Assembly (NCBI GenBank): GCA_026395595.1
Contig: JAPLYL010000002.1
Location: 122,111-186,110 of the forward strand
Reading direction: 5' to 3'
DNA: 64,000 nt
DNA from: Candidatus Parcubacteria bacterium
GTDB lineage: Bacteria; Patescibacteriota; Minisyncoccia; Phycocordibacterales; CAIJYI01
The number at the start of each line of letters is the position of its first letter. The stretch's first letter is position 1. Shown piece by piece: positions 54,482 to 64,000 of this stretch. The notes under the pieces were generated by a model, which ran no database searches, was not told the DNA's origin, and saw nothing but the letters and a program-made list of their open reading frames with translations. The translations under genes were made by a program, and so were the position numbers.

Positions 54482-56581
54482 TTAGATAAGAATAATTCTT
54501 GCATCCAGTACACAGGCACCGTTTCCTTGAGAGAAAACTTTGAGAGGGTTGATATCCACTTCTGAAATCTCAGGGAAATCAATAACGAGGGAAGAAAGTC
54601 TTCCTAACATTTCAACGAGAGTATCCACATCAAGAGGATCTTGTCCGCGAACTCCGTCAAATATCTTTTGCGCTTTAAGGGAACGAACCATTCTCCATGC
54701 GTCATCTTCGGTGATAGGCGCCAATCCAAAAGTAACATCCTGCAAAACTTCCACGTATATTCCGCCGAATCCGACCATAACCGCTTCGCCAAGAGCAGGA
54801 TCTCGTTTTGCTCCCAAAATAATTTCAAACCCACGTCTTTCCGCCATTTCCTCCATAAGAACCCCTTCAATCTTCGCATTCGGAAACTTTTCAAGAACAT
54901 CATGAATAATACGATCGTATTCTTTTCCTGCATCTTCTGGAGGAACGTTGATACGAACCCCCCCTGCCTCGCTTTTGTGTAAAATATCTTCGGAAGCGAT
55001 TTTCATGACAAGTGTCTTTCCAATCTTTTTGGCTTTCAAGAGAGCGTCTTCCCTATCTCTTGCGAATTCAGTAGCAAAAACAGGAAACCCATAGGCGGAA
55101 AAAACCTGCAAAGCTTCATATTCAAAAAGCCATTTTCTTCCTTTCTCTCGAGCCTTTTTTAAAATCATGCTCACCGCCTCGCGGTCTACGTTTTCAAACA
55201 AAAATCGTTTCGGATCTTCTCTGTTAAAATAATCAGAATACAAGGCGAGTTTAGATAATGCATTTGCGGATTCCTCCGGATACTCAATCGTAGCCACACC
55301 ACCTTCGCGTAAAACTTCAATTCCTTTTTCAACAGAAGTTCCTCCCATAAAACAAGCGATGATAGGCTTACCGGTTTGTTTTTTTGCTTGTACGATAGCG
55401 TGTGCCGTTTCTTCAACTTCGGTCATGGTTTGGTGTGTCAAAATAGCAAGCGCCATATCTATGTCAGGGTCTGACATAACAGCATCAAGAGATTTTCGAT
55501 ATCGCAGAGCATCGGCATCTCCAACCACATCTACCGGATTTCCGACGCCGGCTGTTTTAGGAAGAAATTCGGCAAGTGCTGTTCGCGTTTCTTTTGAAAA
55601 TTCTCCAACAATAAGCCCGCGAAGGGCTGCTTCATCGGTAGCGAGAACGCCAGGACCGCCGGCATTAGTTACGATACCAATTCTTTTTCCTTTCGGAATC
55701 GGATTTCGGGAAAATGCTTTTATGTAGTCAAACAATTCAGAAACTTTATCCGCGCGAATAATCCCCGCCTGTAAGAAGAAGGCTTTGTATGATTCCTCTG
55801 CCCCCGCCAAAGCTCCCGTATGAGAAGCACTCGCTCCCGCACCGGCATTGGTTCTTCCTGCTTTAAGTGCAATAATCGGTTTTCTTTTTCCCTCATGCCG
55901 AGCCTTCTGTATAATTTCAATAATTTCGTGAGGATGAGTCAAGTCTTCCAGATACATAGCGATAACGGCAGTTTCGGAATCGTTCAGAAGGAATTCAATC
56001 ATTTCCCTTTCGCTCACCTGAGCTTTATTTCCAATGCTGACGAATTTGGAAAATCCTATGCCAAGTTTTTCAGCATAATCTAAAACAGCAACACACAAAG
56101 CACCGCTCTGAGAAAAAAATCCGACGGAACCGGCTTTCGGCATAACACGAGCAAAAGAAGCATTCATGCGTATACCGGGATTGATGACGCCGAGGCAATT
56201 CGGACCGACAAGAGTTATTCCGTGTTCATTACAAAAAGAAGCAAGTTCATTTTCAGATTGCGCATCTCCCGTTTCTTTGTATCCTGCCGTAATAACAATA
56301 GCCGCCTTTATTCCCAGTTTTTCCGCTTCTTTCAAGGAAATCATGACATCGGAAGGATGGACGACAAATATACCAAGATCAATCGGTTTTCCGATAGAGG
56401 ATACCGTTCCGTAACAAGTGCGGCCGAGAATAACATCGGTCTTTGGATTCACCGGAAAGATTTCTCCTTGGTATCCTTGTTCAATAAGATTTTTTAAAAC
56501 GCCGTAACCGACATGTGTTTCTCTGCGAGACGCCCCGATAACGGCAATGGATTTCGGATCAAAAACAGAATCAAAATTCAT
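54482..56581 (-). CDS. acetate--CoA ligase [ADP-forming], fused alpha/beta
   Basis: N-terminal CoA-binding domain (SIAVIGASRRETHVGYGV), succinyl-CoA-synthetase-like domains and a C-terminal ATP-grasp; 699 aa. Confidence 0.85.
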   Translation of the reverse strand: MNFDSVFDPKSIAVIGASRRETHVGYGVLKNLIEQGYQGEIFPVNPKTDVILGRTCYGTVSSIGKPIDLGIFVVHPSDVMISLKEAEKLGIKAAIVITAGYKETGDAQSENELASFCNEHGITLVGPNCLGVINPGIRMNASFARVMPKAGSVGFFSQSGALCVAVLDYAEKLGIGFSKFVSIGNKAQVSEREMIEFLLNDSETAVIAMYLEDLTHPHEIIEIIQKARHEGKRKPIIALKAGRTNAGAGASASHTGALAGAEESYKAFFLQAGIIRADKVSELFDYIKAFSRNPIPKGKRIGIVTNAGGPGVLATDEAALRGLIVGEFSKETRTALAEFLPKTAGVGNPVDVVGDADALRYRKSLDAVMSDPDIDMALAILTHQTMTEVEETAHAIVQAKKQTGKPIIACFMGGTSVEKGIEVLREGGVATIEYPEESANALSKLALYSDYFNREDPKRFLFENVDREAVSMILKKAREKGRKWLFEYEALQVFSAYGFPVFATEFARDREDALLKAKKIGKTLVMKIASEDILHKSEAGGVRINVPPEDAGKEYDRIIHDVLEKFPNAKIEGVLMEEMAERRGFEIILGAKRDPALGEAVMVGFGGIYVEVLQDVTFGLAPITEDDAWRMVRSLKAQKIFDGVRGQDPLDVDTLVEMLGRLSSLVIDFPEISEVDINPLKVFSQGNGACVLDARIILI

Positions 56582-56585
56582 AATA

Positions 56586-56692
56586 ATTAGCTTTTAGCTT
56601 TTAGGTTTTAGGTTTTAGCTTAACAAGCAAAGTCGTCATCGTTTTTAGCTAAAAGCTAAAACCTAACAGCTAAAACCTCGTTTGTTATTTTA
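56586..56692. repeat. palindromic block built from TTTTAGC/TTTTAGG heptamer repeats
   Basis: TTAGCTTTTAGCTTTTAGGTTTTAGGTTTTAGCTT ... AGCTAAAAGCTAAAACCTAACAGCTAAAACCT. Confidence 0.55.
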
Positions 56693-56734
56693 TGAAGAAT
56701 TATTTCTTCTATGATACCATGCCAAACGAATAAG

Positions 56735-58438
56735 TTATACCATTTTCAATCTTTGCGTCACTCTTTCTTTTCCCATGACTTTCATAACGGAATGCAAATC
56801 AGGCGTATTGGTTTTTCCCGTCAAAAGAACTCGGAAAATTTTTGCGACATCGCCTACTTGCCCCTTGTATTTTTCCGGTTCAAGCTTGTACGCTTTTGCC
56901 CCATCGGCATATCCGAGTTTTCTTCCAATATCTTTTACTTTTTCAAACCATTCATCTTTCGTATCATTTTCATTATAGGTTTCAAGAAAAGCATTTACGA
57001 TTGACTCGCGATCGTCTTTTGCTGTACCAAAAAGTTCTTCAGATACCGGTTCTTTTTCTCCGAAAATTGAATCAAAGAAATACCCAATTTCAGCATACAA
57101 ATCAGACCATGCACCGATATCCTTTCTTGGACGTGGAGCTCCTTCTCTTTCTATATTCAACGCATCTTTTGTATAGTCGGGATTTCTTTCCATTTCCTCC
57201 GCGAGTTTTTGATTATACTGTTTTGCCCATACAAGTCCTCGATCATATATTTCAGAAGCCTGCAGGTGCGAAACGATTTCCTTACTCACATCATTCAATT
57301 TTACAAAATCAAGCAATGGTCCATTGGAACGAGAGAGGCGTTCAAACGTCAAATGAAATTCACGATTATCTTTTCCCTGATTTTCTTTTCTCCAATCTTC
57401 AAAATCTGAGTTCGCGAGATTCAAAAGATATTCAACGACTGCTTCAGGGAGAAATCCTTCTTCCTGATACAACATCGCATTTGCTTCCGGATCTTTTCGT
57501 TTACTCAACTTTCGCTTCTTGGAAGCATCTTCCATTTTTTGTATCGGAGCGAGGTGTCCATATTCGGGGGGTTTCCATCCGAGCGCTTCAAATAATTCAA
57601 GATGCAAAGGAACAGATGAAAGCCATTCGTCTCCGCGGAGCACATGCGTCGTCCCCATGAAATGATCATCAATAACATGAGCTAAATGGTAACGAGGAAG
57701 ACCGGTTGCGGGAACAAAAATTTTCTTATCAATATCATTTTCCGATAATTCCAAATCTCCTTTCAAAAGATCGTGAACTTTAACCTTATTTTCAAAATTT
57801 CCGTCTGAACGCAGTCGGATAACATACGGCGTTCCCTTGGCTAATTCCGCTTCCACTTCTTCAGGAGAAGCATCACGCCATTTCGCCCACTTTCCATAAT
57901 AACCCGGGCGGATACCGTCCTTCATTTGTTGTTCTCCAAGAGTTTTTGTTTCTTCACTCGTACAAAAACAGGGGTACGCTTTTCCTTGTTCAACCAATTT
58001 TTTAGCAAAAGTTTGATACAGTTTCGCGCGTGCGCTTTGCGTATACGGCCCGTAATCTCCTTTCTCTTCTCCTGAGATAGTCATTCCCTCATCAACGGGA
58101 ATGTTAAAAAAATAAAGAGACTTCACAATAACCTCAGTCGTTTCCGGTTGAGAACGAGCTTCGTCGGTATCTTCAATACGAAGATAAAAAACTCCGTTTG
58201 TCTGATGGGCAAATCGTTCTGAAATGAGCGACGCATATACGCCACCCAAATGCATAAGACCGGTAGGGCTCGGCCCAAGACGTGTCACCATCGCCCCCTC
58301 CGGTAATTTTCGCGGAGGATATTTTTCTTTCCATTCTTCTTCATCCGGAAGTTCACCCGGAAAAAGCTTTGTAACAACATGTTCTGGAAGTATGTGGCTC
58401 TCTTGTTTTTGATTCATGGTCTCATTTATTGTTTTCAT
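56735..58438 (-). CDS. gltX: glutamate--tRNA ligase, with N- and C-terminal extensions
   Basis: RLGPSPTGLMHLGG (HIGH-like), KLSKR (KMSKS), and class I Rossmann fold order. Confidence 0.85.
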   Translation of the reverse strand: MKTINETMNQKQESHILPEHVVTKLFPGELPDEEEWKEKYPPRKLPEGAMVTRLGPSPTGLMHLGGVYASLISERFAHQTNGVFYLRIEDTDEARSQPETTEVIVKSLYFFNIPVDEGMTISGEEKGDYGPYTQSARAKLYQTFAKKLVEQGKAYPCFCTSEETKTLGEQQMKDGIRPGYYGKWAKWRDASPEEVEAELAKGTPYVIRLRSDGNFENKVKVHDLLKGDLELSENDIDKKIFVPATGLPRYHLAHVIDDHFMGTTHVLRGDEWLSSVPLHLELFEALGWKPPEYGHLAPIQKMEDASKKRKLSKRKDPEANAMLYQEEGFLPEAVVEYLLNLANSDFEDWRKENQGKDNREFHLTFERLSRSNGPLLDFVKLNDVSKEIVSHLQASEIYDRGLVWAKQYNQKLAEEMERNPDYTKDALNIEREGAPRPRKDIGAWSDLYAEIGYFFDSIFGEKEPVSEELFGTAKDDRESIVNAFLETYNENDTKDEWFEKVKDIGRKLGYADGAKAYKLEPEKYKGQVGDVAKIFRVLLTGKTNTPDLHSVMKVMGKERVTQRLKMV

Positions 58439-58558
58439 GATTATATACTATATATTACGGCATTTTTTGTTTTTTACAAATGAAAATTCTGCTATGAAAA
58501 TTAAAAATAACGTGGTATTATCCGTTCAGAATGTTGTTTCAACAGAGGAGTACCAAAA

Positions 58559-58747
58559 GTGTCTCAAGTTATCATATGCATCAGTTTACTTTTGCTTGCC
58601 GTTTGTTCAGCCTTCAAAAGCAACATCGCCAAATACCGAAAAGATTTTAAAAAAGCCTCATTTTATGCGTTCTTGGTTTACGCATCCATGTTCTTCATCG
58701 GGATGATGATAGCCCCCGTCGTCATTCAGATTTATTCCCTTTTATAA
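58559..58747 (+). CDS. possible small two-TM membrane protein
   Basis: 62 aa, hydrophobic; a competing overlapping ORF runs 58416..58706. Confidence 0.3.
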   Translation: MSQVIICISLLLLAVCSAFKSNIAKYRKDFKKASFYAFLVYASMFFIGMMIAPVVIQIYSLL

Positions 58748-58885
58748 TTCACCAAACCAAACCCCGCGAGCGCAAAGCGCTTTTGCGGGGTTTCTTGCCA
58801 AATCGTTAAAAGTGTGATATATTACTCCACGTAACAAGTTCTTCTACATTTTTCACAAAACACTATTTTTTGCGAGGCAATAAAA

Positions 58886-59638
58886 ATGACTATGACACTT
58901 TCCGACCGCATTCTTTCCAGACAAAGAAAATGGTATATCCAACCTCTTGACCCCGGGTCAAGCGAAAAAATTTATCGACTTCTCAAGAATGCCAAGTCGG
59001 TAAGGTCAACAGAAACCACCGGATGCCCGAAGGAAAATGGGTATCAATTGAGAGAGGCCGATAGAAAAACCGTGCAGTCTCTCATGGAAGAAACATCTAT
59101 CAAAGGACTCAACTCGGAAGGAACAGACTTCGGTGTAAATTTTTTCGTCTATGTCAAAAACAGCGACGACAAATTTCCCAGATTCTGTTTTGCTTCCACA
59201 AGCGCCATGCGCGCAGAAAATGGAAAAAAACATAAAAAAAGAGAAGGTATCGGGCCGGTTCAGTTAAAAGCCATTCCGTCAGCAAAAATTACCGGAAAAA
59301 AAGAACCCTCTTTTATAATCCCGAGAGTAGATCAAGAAAAGAATGAAGAAGAACTAATCCCCTTCCCTCGTTCTAAACGAAATTCGCTCTATCGTATAAC
59401 CACGCACCACAAAAGAATGATCTCTCTTTTAGAAGAAGAACTTTCTCAAGCGGGCGAAGACATCAAACCAATTCCAAATTTGAGCGAAGGAAACGAGAGT
59501 GTCTGGAATGTTTCTCCGGAGGTTGTCCTGAAATTGAAAATTCATACAAGACTCAAGTTCCTCCATTTTAGAATATGGAAAAAGGACAGCAGTGGAAATT
59601 ACCTTCTCGTCGGCCAATACCCGCGTCAAGTAAAATAA
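58886..59638 (+). CDS. hypothetical protein
   Basis: 250-aa ORF followed by the terminator ATCCGGCGA-ATTACT-CGCCGGAT-TTTTT (59645-59673). Confidence 0.45.
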   Translation: MTMTLSDRILSRQRKWYIQPLDPGSSEKIYRLLKNAKSVRSTETTGCPKENGYQLREADRKTVQSLMEETSIKGLNSEGTDFGVNFFVYVKNSDDKFPRFCFASTSAMRAENGKKHKKREGIGPVQLKAIPSAKITGKKEPSFIIPRVDQEKNEEELIPFPRSKRNSLYRITTHHKRMISLLEEELSQAGEDIKPIPNLSEGNESVWNVSPEVVLKLKIHTRLKFLHFRIWKKDSSGNYLLVGQYPRQVK

Positions 59639-59708
59639 AGAACTATCCGGCGAATTACTCGCCGGATTTTTTATTGCTCCTCTCTCCTATATTCGGTATA
59701 ATTCACCC

Positions 59709-61148
59709 ATGAAAACAGAAAAAAATGAACCATTCCGTTTGGCGCTTTCCTATGATGATGTCCTTCTCGTACCGCATTATTCTGATATTCCCTCCCGTAA
59801 GCAGATAGACCTCACGACCTTGTTCTCCAAAAGAATACATCTGAACATCCCCATCGTCAGTGCCAATATGGACACAGTAACGGGAGCGGAAATGGCCATT
59901 CATATGGCTCGGCAAGGCGGTATGGGAATTATCCATCGTTTTCAAAGTGCCGAAGAAGAAGCGAATGAAGTCCGTCTCGTGAAGCGCTCAGAAAATATCT
60001 TTATCCCCGATCCGATTACCATAGGAAAAGAAGCCACCCTTCGGGAAGCACTCACACTCATGGAGAGAAATCATGTAACCGGAGTCATCGTTATTTCCTC
60101 CGACCGAAGCATTGAAGGAATCCTTACGGCGAGAGACGTTCGTTTCAAAACAGATCTCAACGTTTCCATCAAAAATCTCATGACACCAAAGGAAAAGGTT
60201 ATCATCGCCAAACAAAACATCTCAAGCGAAGAAGCCCTCAAAATTCTTGATAAAAACAAAATTGAAAAACTGCCTCTCGTTGACGCAAAAGGAAAACTCT
60301 GCGGTCTTATCACGGCGACGGATTACAAAAAAACAAAAGAAAACCCGCGAGCATCCAAAGACAAAAGTGGGAGGCTCTTGGTCGGTGCCGCCATCGGAGT
60401 AAGAGACGGAATGGAAAGAGCTGAACTCTTAGTAAAAGCGGGGGCAGATGCGCTTATCATAGACATCGCTCACGGTCATCACAGTACCTGCATAGACTTG
60501 GTTAAAAAACTAAAAAAGAAATTCCCTTCTGTTGATATCGTTGCCGGAAATGTTGCTACCGCAGAAGGAACGCTTGCTTTAATAAAAGCAGGTGCGGATG
60601 CGGTAAAAGTCGGTATCGGCCCGGGAGCAGCCTGTTCTACGAGAATTGTCGCGGGAGCAGGAGTTCCTCAACTTACCGCAGTCATGGAAAGCGTTGCCGT
60701 CGCTCAAAAATTCAAAGTACCCATCATTGCCGACGGAGGAATAAAAAATTCCGGAGACCTAGCGAAAGCCATTGCCACAGGAGCAGGAACAGCAATGGTA
60801 GGAAATCTTTTTTCCGGGTGTAAGGAATCTCCCGGAGAATACTACATTGAAGGAGGTGAAGCATTCAAAATTTACCGTGGACTCGCTTCCCGCGACGCTT
60901 CCGCCGATATGGCCATCCGAGGAGGCGGAGATGTGGAAAAACAAAACCGCACACCGGAAGGTATCGGATATCGCGTAACGTTCAAAGGAGAAGTCCGAAA
61001 AATTCTCGCAGGATTGATAGATGGACTCCAGTCAGGAATGAGCTATACCGGAGCAAAAAACCTAAAAGAATTTTATCAAAAAGCAGAATTCGTCCGCATC
61101 ACCGATGCAGGAATGAGAGAAAGCAAACCGAGAAGCCATCAGGTTTAA
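59709..61148 (+). CDS. guaB: IMP dehydrogenase
   Basis: Catalytic loop [11 protein letters not shown], a CBS pair and GGIKNSGD; 479 aa. Confidence 0.9.
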   Translation: MKTEKNEPFRLALSYDDVLLVPHYSDIPSRKQIDLTTLFSKRIHLNIPIVSANMDTVTGAEMAIHMARQGGMGIIHRFQSAEEEANEVRLVKRSENIFIPDPITIGKEATLREALTLMERNHVTGVIVISSDRSIEGILTARDVRFKTDLNVSIKNLMTPKEKVIIAKQNISSEEALKILDKNKIEKLPLVDAKGKLCGLITATDYKKTKENPRASKDKSGRLLVGAAIGVRDGMERAELLVKAGADALIIDIAHGHHSTCIDLVKKLKKKFPSVDIVAGNVATAEGTLALIKAGADAVKVGIGPGAACSTRIVAGAGVPQLTAVMESVAVAQKFKVPIIADGGIKNSGDLAKAIATGAGTAMVGNLFSGCKESPGEYYIEGGEAFKIYRGLASRDASADMAIRGGGDVEKQNRTPEGIGYRVTFKGEVRKILAGLIDGLQSGMSYTGAKNLKEFYQKAEFVRITDAGMRESKPRSHQV

Positions 61149-61156
61149 AAAAACAA

Positions 61157-61193
61157 AAAAGCGTCCCGAATTTCGGAACGCTTTTTTGTTTTT
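61157..61193. terminator. bidirectional terminator
   Basis: AGCGTCCCGAA-TTT-CGGAACGCT flanked by A and T runs. Confidence 0.65.
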
Positions 61194-61198
61194 TTACA

Positions 61199-63295
61199 TT
61201 AAAATGGCACAATATCCAACGTCGTCTTCCTCGCCGAACAATCAACACTCACCCCCGGCGGACTAGAAGGACTTCCACAAGTCCAATTCCAGTAGATCTC
61301 CCCTCCCACCGTACTCTTCGTCACTTCAGTGGCACTTCCTACATAACATCTCGCACCAACCGAAGGAGCCATAAATGAAGGAATGCCGTTCGCACTTCCG
61401 CATCTGCCGTTCTGAGAACGGGATGCCGTACAAGTGAGAGAACCGCAGGTCCAAGTAGCGGAAGAACCCGGTGCAGGAAATGCGACTGCAGGGGCACCTA
61501 CGGTGGAACCGCAAGCGTTTCCGGTGTAAGAGGTATTGGCTTCGGTGTAATTCTTTGCCGCCGTACCACAGGTGATTACCGGACAGGGTTTTGTTCCCGA
61601 AACCGTTGCTCTGTTGTGTCCGCAACCATCACTCTGAGGTACCTTAGCGGTCGTGCAGGTGGTGGAAGTATCGGTGGGAGTCCAGACGGGTTCGCAGTTC
61701 GCGATGCAGGTTCCACCACTTCTATGGAAGTTGGTTGAACAGTGGTATTGGCACTGAGGAGCGGTGTCACTGGTGGAGAAAGTATATTGGGTCGTATTGT
61801 TCGTTACGGTAGCATCTCCCGGGTAGAGAGTGGTGTTTGGAGGGAGAGTGCCTTGGCAGGAGAAGACAGACACGGCGGTACTGGTAACGGTAGCGGAACG
61901 AGTGATAGTGCTTCCGTTGTTTCCCGTACACGTAAGCGTGTAGGTTCTCCTTCCCTCAGGAGCAAGGAAAGGTGAAGTTCCTGAAATGAGAGTATTGGGG
62001 GTTATAGCTCCAACTCCGTTGTTTACCGAACAGGAAGTGACGTAGGAAGAAGCAACGTAGTAGTTAAAGTTAGCTCCTACTGCTCCGGTAACAGAAGTTC
62101 CATAAGTGGAAGCGGTCAGTGATTTTACCTTAAACTCTGCGGTGGGGGTTCCTGAGATGACGAGAGAGATGGGAGTCCAGGGTGAGCAGGCTCCGTTTTG
62201 ATCGCAAGCAACAGCAGAAATGCCTTTAGTGCCGGTAGTCGTCCATGGATGTATTCCTGTTGCTGTTGTGCCTGAGGTGTACGTGTGGGCATTGTTGACG
62301 TGGCCGAAAAGTTGATCCACATCATCACCTGTTCCACCGACTCCGTCGCTGTTTACGGTGGTGTCCCAGTCTATGCCATAAGCGAGTTTATCTCCCGCGT
62401 CTGCATCGGTTCCGATGAGAGTGAAGGATTGATTGTTGTTGACGAGGTAGTTGTTGGCGGAGTTTGAAGTGAAGGTTATGGAGGGCGGGTTGTTGGCGGG
62501 GACGGGGGCGAGGGCGGTGAGGGTGAAGTCTATTTGCTGGGCGGGGACGGAGAGGACATAATCTGAAGGACCAACAGAAGCATATATCAAACAAGAAATA
62601 GAATCATAACAATTAGTAAAACCAGTTCTCATGGGAACACTCGTAAAATAATTAAAAATATTTATGTCTGCGTTTCTGACTTGAGATAGATACTTGTAAT
62701 AAAATTTTCCAGAGGTTTCTGAAAAATTAACCGAAGCGGTTATAGCGCCCGGACCAGTAACTGTACATATTCCGTTTAAACAGGAAAGATTTGAAGTAGA
62801 ACCAAGAGAAGAGATTGGCGGGGTTATGGAAAGCGGAATATAAATATCGATAAGACCATTTCCAAGAGGAGCGACTACTCTGTTTACTTTAAAATTATCC
62901 ATTACCGGATTTGCCGGGGCCGCAGCGTTATCAATCCATGTTCCGATTGGGGTATCCATGGAAGAACCTGTACCATTCCAAAAAATATCAGAATCAACAT
63001 ACGGTATTTTTTCAAACATAAGCCTTGTTCCTACGTTTACGGTTGAATCATCTTCAATAACAGCTTTTGTGTCAACATTAACAATTTGAGCATGATAAGT
63101 AACCGTTCCGGTAACGCCGGACAGTCCAAGTGCCCACCCAGAAAGACCATCGCAAGCAGCAGAACCCCCACAATTCCAGTAGTAGTACAGATCCGGTATG
63201 CTTCCCATAGTCCAAATAGTACTCTTTGCTTCCACTCCCCTCACGTTTATCATTCCAAAAAGAGCCAAAACAATGACGAGTAAAAATGTTCTCAT
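61199..63295 (-). CDS. large secreted Cys/Thr/Gly-rich protein (possible surface or adhesin-like)
   Basis: Signal peptide MRTFLLVIVLALFGMINVRGVEA; 698 aa with >30 Cys and T/S/G-rich low complexity. Confidence 0.5.
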   Translation of the reverse strand: MRTFLLVIVLALFGMINVRGVEAKSTIWTMGSIPDLYYYWNCGGSAACDGLSGWALGLSGVTGTVTYHAQIVNVDTKAVIEDDSTVNVGTRLMFEKIPYVDSDIFWNGTGSSMDTPIGTWIDNAAAPANPVMDNFKVNRVVAPLGNGLIDIYIPLSITPPISSLGSTSNLSCLNGICTVTGPGAITASVNFSETSGKFYYKYLSQVRNADINIFNYFTSVPMRTGFTNCYDSISCLIYASVGPSDYVLSVPAQQIDFTLTALAPVPANNPPSITFTSNSANNYLVNNNQSFTLIGTDADAGDKLAYGIDWDTTVNSDGVGGTGDDVDQLFGHVNNAHTYTSGTTATGIHPWTTTGTKGISAVACDQNGACSPWTPISLVISGTPTAEFKVKSLTASTYGTSVTGAVGANFNYYVASSYVTSCSVNNGVGAITPNTLISGTSPFLAPEGRRTYTLTCTGNNGSTITRSATVTSTAVSVFSCQGTLPPNTTLYPGDATVTNNTTQYTFSTSDTAPQCQYHCSTNFHRSGGTCIANCEPVWTPTDTSTTCTTAKVPQSDGCGHNRATVSGTKPCPVITCGTAAKNYTEANTSYTGNACGSTVGAPAVAFPAPGSSATWTCGSLTCTASRSQNGRCGSANGIPSFMAPSVGARCYVGSATEVTKSTVGGEIYWNWTCGSPSSPPGVSVDCSARKTTLDIVPF

Positions 63296-64000
63296 GATGT
63301 TTGAATCTTTTTCTTACGAATAATGAGTATTGAAAGAACAACAAATAAAAGAACCCCCGTACCGATTACCATCTTCATCGTAGTGCTCATCGGTTTCGGA
63401 CAATCCGTCCCAATTTTATCGCATTCATACTTCATCGTCACTTGGTCAACCAATTTGTCATCCTGATAGAGTTTTGCTTCAAGAGAAAAGTTTTTGTAGG
63501 TCTTTGACGGTTTGAAAGTATCTTTAACGGCCATCATCGCTCCGGATACCGCCCCGTTGTAGGTGTAAGAATGGATAAGGTTGTTGTTTTCATCTTTGAG
63601 ATCAAGGATAAGTTTGTTGTTCTGGACGGTAGCCGTTCCGGAGTTGTGAACGCAGGAAAAAACAGTATTCTCTGTATCTTGTTCCAGAGGATAGGCTGTT
63701 ATGGAAGGAAAATTAAGGCGCACCTTATCAACACCGTCTCTGACGTAACGGATATCCAAGATGGATTTTGTATCTTGATATTTTGCTTCCGCGACGAGAA
63801 GATGTACGGTGTGAGTTCTGTTGGTATCAGTATAAGAAAGAGTTTTAGTCTCTTTGGCATTAAGAATAACATCTTCCTCTTTTGTGTTGAGAAGATTCTC
63901 TTCTGTTTGGGCATCCCAACCATACAATTTCCACGTCACTCGGACAATCTGTGATTCATTGGTTCCGTTTACGAGTTCGGCTGTTACAGGAATATCTTTA
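63292..64000 (-). CDS. hypothetical membrane-anchored protein (5' end beyond the window)
   Basis: The frame stays open to the window edge; C-terminal TM segment VIGTGVLLFVVLSILII; its stop overlaps the start of the 61199..63295 gene (ATGA). Confidence 0.45.
   Translation of the reverse strand, partial: KDIPVTAELVNGTNESQIVRVTWKLYGWDAQTEENLLNTKEEDVILNAKETKTLSYTDTNRTHTVHLLVAEAKYQDTKSILDIRYVRDGVDKVRLNFPSITAYPLEQDTENTVFSCVHNSGTATVQNNKLILDLKDENNNLIHSYTYNGAVSGAMMAVKDTFKPSKTYKNFSLEAKLYQDDKLVDQVTMKYECDKIGTDCPKPMSTTMKMVIGTGVLLFVVLSILIIRKKKIQTS

Noticed and set aside
54318-54482. Possible additional MITE (19-bp inverted ends ATACCATTTCTAAAAAACT)
   Set aside because: The inverted ends are real, but I found no second copy in the window and no similarity to the CGTCAT family. 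This is insufficient to call a mobile element.
54325-54582. 85-aa minus-strand ORF
   Set aside because: It overlaps the 3' end of the ADP-forming ACS gene and the downstream hairpin-rich spacer.

Overview
This 64 kb window is low-GC bacterial DNA with a compact gene layout and many small hypothetical proteins. The gene content suggests a Patescibacteria/CPR-like, fermentative, reduced-genome organism: H+/Na+-pyrophosphatase, class III anaerobic RNR (NrdD/NrdG), ADP-forming acetyl-CoA synthetase, malic enzyme, and a PNPase with a Gly/Arg-rich tail. This lineage call is an inference, not a verified placement. Housekeeping genes I could recognise: rsmA, a UvrD/PcrA-type helicase, a LysM/M23 peptidase, comM/yifB (interrupted by a frameshift), a DksA/TraR zinc-finger protein, pnp, a TrmB-family regulator, an HD-domain (p)ppGpp-hydrolase-like protein, xthA, cca, YraN, an RlmN-like radical SAM enzyme, nrdD/nrdG, alr, hup, rny, clpP, malic enzyme, tig, a histidine phosphatase, hppA, nusA, ADP-forming ACS, gltX and guaB. 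Six tRNA genes are present: Arg-TCG, Gly-GCC, Pro-TGG, Pro-GGG, Gly-TCC and Leu-CAG. The accessory content is richer than expected. (1) A previously unnamed MITE/REPIN-like repeat family occurs at five loci; its core is two inverted units with conserved CGTCAT ... CCACG flanks around hairpins whose stems differ between copies yet stay base-paired. (2) A ~1.9 kb island between xthA and cca carries tandem DnaA boxes, a 29-bp inverted repeat, and a ParD/ParE-like toxin-antitoxin pair bracketed by two MITE copies. (3) cca carries an in-frame ~85-aa insertion built from a 14-bp palindrome (GTTWCA-N2-TGWAAC) that recurs seven times in 1.75 kb. (4) A 23-nt direct repeat of the tRNA-Leu 3' end brackets a ~300 bp GC-rich non-coding insert. 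(5) A candidate anti-phage locus encodes an AAA_21/ABC-type ATPase, a RloB/Toprim-like protein and three small hypothetical proteins, next to a truncated DinD/Bro-N gene. (6) A further island encodes a LexA-like S24 regulator, RhuM, a small hypothetical protein and a Bro-N protein, downstream of a near-consensus promoter. I also flag two homopolymer-associated frameshifts (comM, and a RelE-like toxin), a diverged tandem 3' duplicate of comM, and several large intergenic palindromes. I found no CRISPR array, rRNA gene or recognisable transposase.
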